A stretch of DNA of 64,000 nucleotides from Proteobacteria bacterium UBA2136. GTDB taxonomy: Bacteria > Pseudomonadota > Alphaproteobacteria > UBA2136. Position numbers and translations under genes: made by a program. The DNA is taken from NCBI GenBank assembly GCA_002328405.1, contig DCXM01000006.1:595407-659406 (forward strand). The letters are read 5' to 3'. Below the pieces are notes generated by a model. That model was not told where the DNA came from. It saw only the letters and a program-made list of their open reading frames with translations, and did no database searches. Of this stretch, positions 49,567 to 58,509 are shown one piece after another (the stretch's first letter is position 1; every line of letters begins with the position of its first letter).

Positions 49567-50292
49567 ATGAAAAATTTATGCAAAATGGCTACTGTGGCAA
49601 TTGTGTTTGCTGGGTTAGCTCTTTCGGCAAATGCTGAAACCTTTGATGAAAACTATAATACAATGAAAACGGATCAATATGTTTTTGATGTTCATGCGGG
49701 TCATCAATACACATTCCAATATGAATATGCTGGTAAAATTTCTGTTTGCTCGGTTTCTCAAAATGATGGTTATGGCGCCTTTACTTTTATGGTTTTCCCT
49801 GATAGATCAACAGGTTTTGATTTAGGTTTTGAAAAGATTGATGGGGAATATAAAAGTAGCTATAAAATTACATGTACTGCGTATAATGAAAATTATGCAA
49901 TAGATGGTTATGATGTTGAGCAATGGAAAAAAGGGCAAGCATCTGTACGGTCTCGTTATGGGAAAAGTGGCTTTCACGATGCACGTACTCTTGATAACGT
50001 ATTGGGCGCTGATGTGACTTATGAATCTAATTACGAATTAGAGATTGGTAGCCAAGCTGTTGGTGATATTTATCGCATAAGTAACCCGAATGATGATTTG
50101 TTGGCTTGTAAGGTGGAAACCTCAAATTCAAATTATCCGCTTTACATGCTTATTATGCCGAATAACATGCAAACTTTTCAGTCTCTTGCGGCCAGCGATG
50201 GCTCAGCACAAGTTATGTTTAAAAATTGCCGTCTGTTTCCATTGAACAATGAAATTACATTGTCTGCATTGCGGACGCATTTGATTAAATAA
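49567..50292 (+). CDS. AT-rich secreted hypothetical protein
   Basis: Signal peptide ...LALSANA; own terminator at 50306-50336. Confidence 0.75.
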   Translation: MKNLCKMATVAIVFAGLALSANAETFDENYNTMKTDQYVFDVHAGHQYTFQYEYAGKISVCSVSQNDGYGAFTFMVFPDRSTGFDLGFEKIDGEYKSSYKITCTAYNENYAIDGYDVEQWKKGQASVRSRYGKSGFHDARTLDNVLGADVTYESNYELEIGSQAVGDIYRISNPNDDLLACKVETSNSNYPLYMLIMPNNMQTFQSLAASDGSAQVMFKNCRLFPLNNEITLSALRTHLIK

Positions 50293-50414
50293 TTTTAAAA
50301 AATCGAAAAAAGCACCTGTAAGGGTGCTTTTTTTTTAGGGTTTTTTGTGGTTAAGTTGCTTATACTTATGTTCGTACTTTTCATTGAAAGTAAAAAGTTT
50401 TAAAGCTGTGATTC

Positions 50415-50819
50415 TTACTTGCGGACAACTGCAAAAGTGCCCACGGCGTGGGCAAGGGTCTGGCCTTCATCGTCGCCGTGAATGTGGACTTCGCCGGTTA
50501 TCAACCGTTTGCCTTCTTTAAGAAGTGAGGCTTTGACGTGAATCTTCTGGTCGCCGGGGACTTTTTTAAGGAAGTTGATGTTGATGTTGGTGGTGGAAGC
50601 TGTAGATTGAATGCCAATCTGGCTGGCGATGGCGGTGTAAAGCGCGGCGTCGGTCAGCGCCATCAAGGTTGGGCCGGAAACATTGCCGCCGGGTCGATTG
50701 TTCTGCGGGCTTGGTTCAAGGGTTAAGTGTGCTTTACCGTTGCGGGCGCTTACCACTGTGAACTTGGCATGTGGGAAGGACTTGTTGAAGTAGCTTTGAA
50801 TTTCGGACGCTGTGGACAT
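50415..50819 (-). CDS. PaaI-family thioesterase
   Basis: RPGGNVSGPTLMALTD, TTNININFL. Confidence 0.9.
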   Translation of the reverse strand: MSTASEIQSYFNKSFPHAKFTVVSARNGKAHLTLEPSPQNNRPGGNVSGPTLMALTDAALYTAIASQIGIQSTASTTNININFLKKVPGDQKIHVKASLLKEGKRLITGEVHIHGDDEGQTLAHAVGTFAVVRK

Positions 50820-50976
50820 GTTGCTGTGCCTTATTTTTTTAAATAATTCTTCCTTTATTATAAAGCCTGTAAAGCGCTTGGTAAAGCCATCTTATTTTAC
50901 AAAGCTTAACCTTTTGTTTGTTATGTGGTACATTTTTAAACGTCTTATTGAACAAATATAAAAAAGGTAACAATAA

Positions 50977-51807
50977 ATGTGGCAAGACTTTAACTTTGAC
51001 ATTGATATGGCTGTGGTTGAGCAATATCTCACCGAATATAGCTTAAACATTTTCTTTGCACTGCTGATTTTCTTCATTGGTAAGTTTGTGGCAAAGCTTT
51101 TAACAAGCACCTTGTCCCGTGCGCTTGGCCGAGCACATGTGGACAAAACGGTGGCGGGTTTTATTTGTAACATTGTTTACGGCCTTGCGCTGACATTTGT
51201 GATCATTGCCTCCTTGGGTGAATTGGGTGTGCAAACGTCCTCCCTTGCGGCGATTATTGCGGCGGCAGGTTTGGCAGTTGGCTTGGCTTTGCAAGGGTCA
51301 CTTTCCAGCTTTGCCGCGGGTGTGATGATTATCATGTTCAAGTTCTTTAAAAATGGGGACTTTGTTGAAGTGGCTGGAGCTTCTGGCACGGTGGAAGCCA
51401 TTCACATTTTTAACACCGTTTTAAAAACACCGGATAATAAAGTGATTATCATTCCCAACGCGTCTATCATTTCTAAAAACATTGTAAACTTTTCTGAAAA
51501 ACCAACCAGAAGGTTGGACATGGTGTTTGGCTGTGGCTACGATGATGATATTCGCAAGGTTAAAAAGTTGCTTACCAAAATTATCAATGATGATGAAAGA
51601 GTGCTGCAAGACCCAGAACCTCTGATTGCGGTGGATGAATTGGCCGACAGCAGTGTTAACTTTAAGGTGCGACCGTGGGTTAAAAAAGAAGACTACTGGG
51701 CTTTAAAGCACGACATTACCGAAAAGGTGAAGTTGGAGTTTGATAAAGCAGGATTCTCTATCCCTTACCCACAAAGAGACGTTCATGTCCATAAAGTTGA
51801 AAGCTAA
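50977..51807 (+). CDS. mscS: Small-conductance mechanosensitive channel
   Basis: AAGLAVGLALQGSLS.FAAG, TPDNKVIIIPN, FSIPYPQRDVH. Confidence 0.93.
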   Translation: MWQDFNFDIDMAVVEQYLTEYSLNIFFALLIFFIGKFVAKLLTSTLSRALGRAHVDKTVAGFICNIVYGLALTFVIIASLGELGVQTSSLAAIIAAAGLAVGLALQGSLSSFAAGVMIIMFKFFKNGDFVEVAGASGTVEAIHIFNTVLKTPDNKVIIIPNASIISKNIVNFSEKPTRRLDMVFGCGYDDDIRKVKKLLTKIINDDERVLQDPEPLIAVDELADSSVNFKVRPWVKKEDYWALKHDITEKVKLEFDKAGFSIPYPQRDVHVHKVES

Positions 51808-51813
51808 AGCTTG

Positions 51814-52353
51814 TTACGGCTTGGTTGTGAACTTTAATGTGACCGGAATCTCAAGTCCGACCCATTCGCCAGAAGGGTCGGATTTTTTTCCGATGGCGTA
51901 GTCAAGGCGGTTGATGGTGAATGTGGTCTGCCCTTTGATGTGACCATCAGGCAAATCTTCTGTTGTGAGGTCGAATGTGATGTCCTTTGAAATGCCTTTG
52001 ATGTTCAACTCACCCGTAACTTCGAAGTTGTTGGTGCTGACCTCTTCAATTTTTGTGCTTTGGAATGTGGCTTTAGAGTGGTTTTTGCTGTCAAACCAGT
52101 CAACCGTTGGCAGTGTGCCGTCATACATTGGGTTGCCTGTTTGGGCGCTGTTGGTGTGAAATGTCGCTTGAATGCCATTGTTTTCGGTTAGGTTTACTTG
52201 TCCGCTCCATTCTTCAAAATGGCCTTTAAAAGGTGTGCCTGCGTGAGTACCTTCAAATGTGACTGTGCTGTGTTGGTTGTTAATTTCCAAGGCCAAGGCA
52301 GGTGTCGTTGCCATGATTGTTAAAGCTAAAAGTGTTGTCAAAATATGTTTCAT
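51814..52353 (-). CDS. YceI-family protein
   Basis: F.G.F..W, DWFD..NH..ATF.S, GELNIKGISK, INRLDY.IG. Confidence 0.88.
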   Translation of the reverse strand: MKHILTTLLALTIMATTPALALEINNQHSTVTFEGTHAGTPFKGHFEEWSGQVNLTENNGIQATFHTNSAQTGNPMYDGTLPTVDWFDSKNHSKATFQSTKIEEVSTNNFEVTGELNIKGISKDITFDLTTEDLPDGHIKGQTTFTINRLDYAIGKKSDPSGEWVGLEIPVTLKFTTKP

Positions 52354-52905
52354 TTATTGTTTCCACCATATACGTTTTATGAGGTTGATTTTGTCTTTTT
52401 TATAATGGCCAATCACAGCGCCAACATGACCAACAATTAAAGTGGCTAGGAAGATAAAGCCATAAAAATGGACGGTCTTTGCAGTGCTGTTCCACAATTC
52501 ATTGGCTGAAATATTGGGGATATGGGGCCACTGGAACCAGCCAAAAACAATGGTTGGAAGTCCGTATATGCTGCTGGAAACCATCACCCAGCCAGACAAT
52601 GTCATGGCTATCATGGCGACATAAAGAGCCATGTGCCCAGCATGTGCTAATCTTTTTTCAAGGTTGTTGAAGTGTTGAGGTAAAGGTGGCAGGGCACTCA
52701 AAAGGCGTATTAAAATACGAATGGCAAGGGCGATGAGCAATAAAACACCACCGGACTTATGCCACTGGAATATTTTAAATTTAAGCGCATTGTCCATGTT
52801 GAAATATTCCATGTAAATGCCGCTGCCCAGCATCATTAAAATGCCGACGGCCATGCCCCAGTGTAGAACAATCATTAAGCTGTTATATCTCTTTTTTAAG
52901 GGCAT
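52354..52905 (-). CDS. Cytochrome b561 (YceJ/CybB-like)
   Basis: LHW, WHKSGG, GH.ALY, SGW, H...GHVGA..H. Confidence 0.9.
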   Translation of the reverse strand: MPLKKRYNSLMIVLHWGMAVGILMMLGSGIYMEYFNMDNALKFKIFQWHKSGGVLLLIALAIRILIRLLSALPPLPQHFNNLEKRLAHAGHMALYVAMIAMTLSGWVMVSSSIYGLPTIVFGWFQWPHIPNISANELWNSTAKTVHFYGFIFLATLIVGHVGAVIGHYKKDKINLIKRIWWKQ

Positions 52906-52928
52906 GGTTTTTGTCGCCAGATTTTTGT

Positions 52929-53543
52929 TTATTTTTTCTCAAACTCGGTTTCAATGATCAGCTTCACTTCGTCGCCAATGTTGGGAACATAAGTTGTGAA
53001 GCCCCAGTCGGAACGGTTAAGGGTGCCTTTAGCCGAAAAACCAAGTGCTGGCTTGCCTGTAAATGGGTGAGCTTCATAAGCGCCGTTAAAGTTGACATTT
53101 AAGGTCACAGGCTTTGTTTGGCCAAGCAGGGTTAAATCACCCGTCATAATGGCTGTTTTTTCGCCAGTCATTTCAAGTTTTGTGGACTTGAAATCAATTT
53201 TGGGAAATGCAGAGGCATTGAACCAGTCTTCATTTTCCACTAATTTTTTGTCAAAGTCCTTTTTTTGTGGGTAAGGGTAGTCTGTTTTAATAGAAGTCGG
53301 ATCAATAGAGGCGGTGATCACACTTTCTTCTGGGTTTTTGGGGTTATAGTCAACTTCGGCTGTAAATTTGGTAAAGCGTGCAGTGTAGTTGGAAAGGCCT
53401 AGGTGATTAACCTGCCATGTGATGCTGGCATGGGTTGGGTCAAGGGTGTAAATTCCCGCAGGAACTTGTTTGAAGGATTCTTCTGCCAATGCGCCTTGGC
53501 TGATAAATAATGCTGTGCACAAAGCAAGTGTTGTTCTTTTCAT
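52929..53543 (-). CDS. YceI-family protein
   Basis: YTLDPTHA, HLGLS, GDLTLLGQTKPV, GFSA.G.LNRSDWG. Confidence 0.92.
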   Translation of the reverse strand: MKRTTLALCTALFISQGALAEESFKQVPAGIYTLDPTHASITWQVNHLGLSNYTARFTKFTAEVDYNPKNPEESVITASIDPTSIKTDYPYPQKKDFDKKLVENEDWFNASAFPKIDFKSTKLEMTGEKTAIMTGDLTLLGQTKPVTLNVNFNGAYEAHPFTGKPALGFSAKGTLNRSDWGFTTYVPNIGDEVKLIIETEFEKK

Positions 53544-53839
53544 GGGGTGTTTACCTTCTTACTTTTTGTTTGAGTTGTTTTTAGCTTTTGTTAGCTGACA
53601 TTGTAACCTTGTGAGGCTTAGCTTTAAAGGATTATTTTATAAATAAAATGAAAGTGCTGAAATAAAATGCACTGTTATTTGCTTTGTTTGCAGCTTTTTA
53701 AAGTGTGCTGTGTGGGTAGCAGTGCAATTGAAAATTAACAAGCTTTGTTGTTGAGTGACGCTTTTGCCTTGATTGTAAAGGTCTTTGCAAGCTAGAATTT
53801 CCACAAATTTGAATAATAAAAGTTTAAAGGTTTAATTGT

Positions 53840-54664
53840 ATGTTGACTGAAAATTCTCCAAAGTTGTGGCGCGATGACTTCCCTGTTCCAACAGCAGAAA
53901 CGCATAAATACATGCGAGGCCATGTAGTGATTGTTGCAGGTCGAATGCTAGGTGCGTCAAAGTTGGCATCACGTGCGGCTCGGCGTATTGGGGCAGGCTT
54001 GGTAACCCTTGTGTGTGAGCCTAATGCTTATCAAGTGTTGTCACAAGATTGGCCGGGAACAATGGTGAATGCACTTGGCGAGGGTAAGCGTTACACCGAG
54101 CACTTGGTGGATGAGCGTAAAAATGCCTTTTTACTGGGCCCTGGTGGTGGTTTGGATTCTGATTTGAAGTCAAAAATACTCTACACCCTTGAAATGGGAC
54201 CTGCTAAGGCTGCTGTGGTGGATGCGGATGGTTTGAATGTTTTTAAAAATGACAGTGAGAAGTTGATCCAAACCTTGCATGGAAATTGTGTTATTACACC
54301 GCACTTGGGTGAATTTTCAAGGATTTTCCCTGATATTAGTGGCAGCAAAGAAAAAATGGCCATGGCGGCAGCGCAGCGTGCCGGTTGTGTGGTCATTTTA
54401 AAAGGGGCCGAGACTGTGATTGCCTCCCCTCAAGGTGAGGTGGTGGTGAATAAGCATGCGTCTCCTTACCTAGCAACGGGTGGAACAGGGGATGTTCTGG
54501 CTGGATTTGTTGTGGGTTTGATGGCGCAAGGTGTATCAGCCTTTAAATCTGCGCAAATGGCTGTTTGGTTGCACGGTGATGTGGCAATTGATATTGGTGC
54601 TGGCTTGATTGCAGAAGATTTGATTGACCATGTAGCGGTTTCTATGAGGAAAGTCTTAAGCTGA
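53840..54664 (+). CDS. nnrD: ADP-dependent NAD(P)H-hydrate dehydratase (stand-alone)
   Basis: HKYMRG, GAGLV, VVDADGL, ITPHLGEF.R, LATGGTGDVLAG. Confidence 0.9.
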   Translation: MLTENSPKLWRDDFPVPTAETHKYMRGHVVIVAGRMLGASKLASRAARRIGAGLVTLVCEPNAYQVLSQDWPGTMVNALGEGKRYTEHLVDERKNAFLLGPGGGLDSDLKSKILYTLEMGPAKAAVVDADGLNVFKNDSEKLIQTLHGNCVITPHLGEFSRIFPDISGSKEKMAMAAAQRAGCVVILKGAETVIASPQGEVVVNKHASPYLATGGTGDVLAGFVVGLMAQGVSAFKSAQMAVWLHGDVAIDIGAGLIAEDLIDHVAVSMRKVLS

Positions 54665-54758
54665 TCGCTATTGCTTTATTGCAAAGTGTCAGTTTTATTA
54701 TTACATGCAACTATAAGTGTTTAGATTTTTATTTTTAACGTCAGAGGGTAGGGGTTTT

Positions 54759-55109
54759 ATGAGTTCAATTAAATTTGTTGGTTTTACGTCTTTATTGGTA
54801 ACAATGCTTTTTGTTGGGCAGGTAAATGCGCAGCAGGCAACTATTGTGCAGGGCAGTGTTGCTTCGTCTGCGGGTCAGGTGAAGGCTTTGGAAGAAAAGG
54901 TGGAATCCTTAAAGTTGGTTATTAAGGACTTGAACAGCAACCTGAAAGAATTGGGCGATCGCCTCACTAAAGCAGAGCTTGTGAATGCAGCGATCAATGC
55001 ATGTGCAGCAATGGACCCGCCAACTGTTTACGCGGGTTCTTTGTTAGGCTGTGTGGAGGTGAAGCCAGCTCCGTGTGAGTTGTGTGAAGCGCCAGAAGAA
55101 GGTGAATAA
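54759..55109 (+). CDS. Secreted coiled-coil protein with C-terminal Cys motif
   Basis: Signal peptide ...QVNA; heptad segment; CAAMDPPT...GCV. Confidence 0.7.
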   Translation: MSSIKFVGFTSLLVTMLFVGQVNAQQATIVQGSVASSAGQVKALEEKVESLKLVIKDLNSNLKELGDRLTKAELVNAAINACAAMDPPTVYAGSLLGCVEVKPAPCELCEAPEEGE

Positions 55110-55114
55110 GGGTT

Positions 55115-56590
55115 ATGATGATGGGTAGGTACTTTTTTAGTTTTATATTATTGTCTTTTTCGGTGATAGGTAGCGTGCATGCGCAAGAGCATCGTGCGGT
55201 TGCTGTGACAGATGCCGTTGATTTTAAATACCAGCAAACGCAGCTGGACAATGCGGTTAATAAGGCAAAAAGTACAATCGATGACATGTTCCGTCGTTTA
55301 GAGAATGTTGAGGATAATCAGCAAGGTGTGATTTCCTGTGCAAGACAGGACTCGCCAACAGACCCTGACAGTTACGCTATTTGGGACAATGGCAAAGGAA
55401 AGTGTGTCACCTTAACACGTAATTGCGTTCCTGTGCCTCAAAACCCGATTGAATCGAGAGAGTTGGTGTTTATTTTTGATGCATCCTCTTCTATGGAGCA
55501 AACATATAGTCCTCCAACAGTTCCACACAATTGTAAGCCTTATTATGAGCGCTATGTAGATGAGTGTGGCAGTAAATATTACCCAAGCTTTAAGCAGCAA
55601 CACCCTGTTAAAAAAGAATGTGGTAACTACTCCTCAACCAAGTTCTGTAAATGGTGTGGTTACAAACCAGCTGCTCCAAAAGAAAAAGTCGTGATTGATA
55701 CCATTATCAACGGTGAAGGTTTGGAGGAGAAAGTTTACGGTTATCAGTTTGTGACTGAAGGTCCAGAGTGGGAAAAGTACTTGGATAAAAAAGAAAAATA
55801 TGACAACTGCGTTCAGCACAATGCTGAAACGGATTGTGTCAACAAATATAACCAATGTAAATCTGAAGCAAGTGCTGAATTGTCTGAAGAGATTGAAGCG
55901 TATAACGAAGCTTATCAGGTTTGGAAAAATGAAGTGTACGAACCTTATAAGGTATGCCGTAATGAGCAGTATAAAGAATATACAACTTGCGTGAACGACT
56001 TTAATAAAGTTTGGAACACTGCTAAGCCTGAACCGAGAATTGGTGCAGCTAAAAAAGCTGTGAAGGATTCAATTAAAAAAGCGCCAACCTTTGTAGAGCT
56101 TGGTCTGGTTGTATTTAACGGTTGTGAAAATGTTGTAAACCATGGTTTTTATCTAGATGCTGACCGTACGGACTTGCTTAAAGCAGTGGATGCGATTGAA
56201 GCTTCAGGTTCAACCCCGTTGGTGGATTCGATGTTAATTGCAGCCGAGAACATGAAGATTAAGAGTGAGACCGTGAACGCTGAAGGTTATATTGTATTGG
56301 TGACGGATGGTGAGGACACCTGTGTCAGTAAGGATTCAGCGGTTGCGATGAAGTCTGTTTGTGACACGGCAAAGGCCTTGAAAAAAGAAAATGAAGGCCT
56401 TGTCATCAATGTGATGGACTTGTCCAATAACTCTAAGCTGTCTTGCATTTCAGAGTTTACGGGTGGTGTTTACGCCAGTGTCAACTCTGAGAGCACCATG
56501 TTAAGTGCCATTGTGGGTGAGATGTCCAAAATTTCAGATGTGCCAGAATATTGCTACGCACCTTCTGAATACGCCTACGAAGAGGACTAA
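55115..56590 (+). CDS. Secreted vWA-domain protein with Cys-rich insertion
   Basis: MIDAS FDASSSM, RIGAAKKAV, GSTPL, LVTDGEDTC; signal peptide. Confidence 0.85.
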   Translation: MMMGRYFFSFILLSFSVIGSVHAQEHRAVAVTDAVDFKYQQTQLDNAVNKAKSTIDDMFRRLENVEDNQQGVISCARQDSPTDPDSYAIWDNGKGKCVTLTRNCVPVPQNPIESRELVFIFDASSSMEQTYSPPTVPHNCKPYYERYVDECGSKYYPSFKQQHPVKKECGNYSSTKFCKWCGYKPAAPKEKVVIDTIINGEGLEEKVYGYQFVTEGPEWEKYLDKKEKYDNCVQHNAETDCVNKYNQCKSEASAELSEEIEAYNEAYQVWKNEVYEPYKVCRNEQYKEYTTCVNDFNKVWNTAKPEPRIGAAKKAVKDSIKKAPTFVELGLVVFNGCENVVNHGFYLDADRTDLLKAVDAIEASGSTPLVDSMLIAAENMKIKSETVNAEGYIVLVTDGEDTCVSKDSAVAMKSVCDTAKALKKENEGLVINVMDLSNNSKLSCISEFTGGVYASVNSESTMLSAIVGEMSKISDVPEYCYAPSEYAYEED

Positions 56591-56689
56591 ACTTAAAACA
56601 AGTTAAGGGCAGCAAAGAAGTCTTTGGTTGATATCAAAGGCTTTTTTGTGTTAGCTGTTTTGTGAAATGTAACAAAAAGGGTTTTTGAC

Positions 56690-57091
56690 GTGTTTGAATT
56701 GAATGAAAGGCTTGCTGCGGACACTTTTGAAGTGTGCGATTTGGCGGTTTCTAAAGTGTTGTTGATGAATGACACGGCTTACCCTTGGCTCATCCTTGTG
56801 CCTATGCAAAATGGCGTGGTGGAATTGGCGGACCTTAATGAACAGGATCAGCAAACCTTAATGACTGAAATGGTTCAGGTGAGTGAAGTTTTAAAAGAAC
56901 TAACAGGTGCCCATAAGATGAATGTGGCAACCTTGGGCAATGTGGTTTCACAGCTTCATGTTCATGTGATTGCACGCTTTGAAGATGACGCGGCATGGCC
57001 AGCACCTGTTTGGGGTAAAACAAAAGCCATCCCTTACGGTGCGCAAGCACAAGCGAAGTTTGTAGAAGTGCTTCAGCAAAAATTGGCCTGA
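56690..57091 (+). CDS. HIT-family protein
   Basis: LLMND..YPWLILVP, KMNVATLGNVVSQLHVHVIARF..D.AWP.PVW. Confidence 0.92.
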   Translation: MFELNERLAADTFEVCDLAVSKVLLMNDTAYPWLILVPMQNGVVELADLNEQDQQTLMTEMVQVSEVLKELTGAHKMNVATLGNVVSQLHVHVIARFEDDAAWPAPVWGKTKAIPYGAQAQAKFVEVLQQKLA

Positions 57092-57202
57092 ATGCTTTAA
57101 ATTGTTGACAGCGTGGCGGTTTTTGCTTACTTTCCATCAAAGTTAGGTATATGACACCCTTGGAGGTCAATACCGTTATATAATTTAAGAAAGGTTTTAA
57201 AC

Positions 57203-57844
57203 ATGTCTGAAGTATATGTTATGGAAGCTCAAGCTCGCGCTGAAGGTGGTAAGGGGGTCGCTCGTCGCATGCGTAATGAAGGTTACGTACCGGCAGTGAT
57301 TTACGGTTCTAAGAAGGAGCCTCAAAAGGTTGCTGTTACTGGTCACAGCTTGCAAATGGCTATCCAAAAAGGTGGTTTTTTGACCAAACCACAAGAAGTA
57401 AACGTTGATGGTAAAGTTGAAAAAGTTTTGCCACGTGAAATTCAAACAGACCCAGTATCTGACAAAATCATGCACGTAGACTTCTTGCGCTACGATCCGA
57501 AGCGTGTTGTTAAGGCTATTGTTGGTCTAGAAATGACAGGTATTGAGAAGTCTCCTGGTGTTAAAAAAGGTGGTGTACCTTCACTTGCACGTACAGAAGT
57601 TGAACTTCTTTGCCGTGCGGACTCTATCCCTCAAGTTCTTTACGTTGCGATGGACGGTCTTGACGTGGGTGAAGCTGTTAAGTTCTCATCTCTTGAATTG
57701 CCAGAAGGTGTTAAGCCTGCAATTGCTGACCGTGACTTCACATTGGCTTCTGTTCTTGCGACACGTACTTCTACCATGTCTGACATGGATGAAGGCGAAG
57801 AAGCAGAATCATCTGAAGGTGGCGAAGAAGCTTCTGAAGAGTAA
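57203..57844 (+). CDS. rplY: 50S ribosomal protein L25/Ctc
   Basis: GKGVARRMR..G.VPAVIYG, Q.DPV....HVDF. Confidence 0.95.
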   Translation: MSEVYVMEAQARAEGGKGVARRMRNEGYVPAVIYGSKKEPQKVAVTGHSLQMAIQKGGFLTKPQEVNVDGKVEKVLPREIQTDPVSDKIMHVDFLRYDPKRVVKAIVGLEMTGIEKSPGVKKGGVPSLARTEVELLCRADSIPQVLYVAMDGLDVGEAVKFSSLELPEGVKPAIADRDFTLASVLATRTSTMSDMDEGEEAESSEGGEEASEE

Positions 57845-57855
57845 GGTTTTTGGTG

Positions 57856-58437
57856 ATGTTTTTAGTTGTTGGGCTTGGTAACCCTGGTTCCAAATATGAA
57901 AACAATCGCCATAACATAGGATTTAAAGCGGTGGATGATATATTCCACCGCTTTTCCTTTTCTGCTTGGTCGCAAAAATTTAATGCCGATATGGCAAAGG
58001 GTTCCATCGACCAACGCAAAGTTGTTCTTCTAAAGCCGATGACTTACATGAACAACAGTGGTGAGTCTGTGCAAAAGGCGATGGCTTATTTTAAGATAAA
58101 GCCTGAAAATGTCATTGTTTTGCATGACGAGCTGGACCTGCCACCCCTTAAAGTGCGTTATAAACTAGGCGGTGGAAATGGTGGCCATAACGGTTTAAAG
58201 TCTATCCAGCAACGCATTGGTACGGCAGATTTTTATCGCTTTCGGATTGGTGTCGGTCATCCTGGGTCAAAAGACCGCGTTTCTGGTTACGTTTTAAGTG
58301 ACTTTTCTAAGGTTGAGACGCCCTGTTTTGAAGATTTATGCGCCGACCTTTCAGCAGCATTCCCGATGATTTTGTCAGGTAAAGGGGAAAGGGTGGTCAG
58401 CGACCTTTCAATCTATGCGACAAAATTAAATGTGTAA
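57856..58437 (+). CDS. pth: Peptidyl-tRNA hydrolase
   Basis: VGLGNPG, NRHNIGF, KPMTYMN.SG, HDELDL, GHNGLKS. Confidence 0.97.
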   Translation: MFLVVGLGNPGSKYENNRHNIGFKAVDDIFHRFSFSAWSQKFNADMAKGSIDQRKVVLLKPMTYMNNSGESVQKAMAYFKIKPENVIVLHDELDLPPLKVRYKLGGGNGGHNGLKSIQQRIGTADFYRFRIGVGHPGSKDRVSGYVLSDFSKVETPCFEDLCADLSAAFPMILSGKGERVVSDLSIYATKLNV

Positions 58438-58509
58438 TCTTCTTTGTTCTTGCAATTTTTTCTAATTGTTATCATTATTTTAGGCTAAACAATAATAAAA
58501 GGCTTTCAA

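Noticed and set aside
53840-54664. NnrD lacking the epimerase domain, as a possible pseudogene
   Set aside because: Stand-alone dehydratases are common and all motifs are intact.
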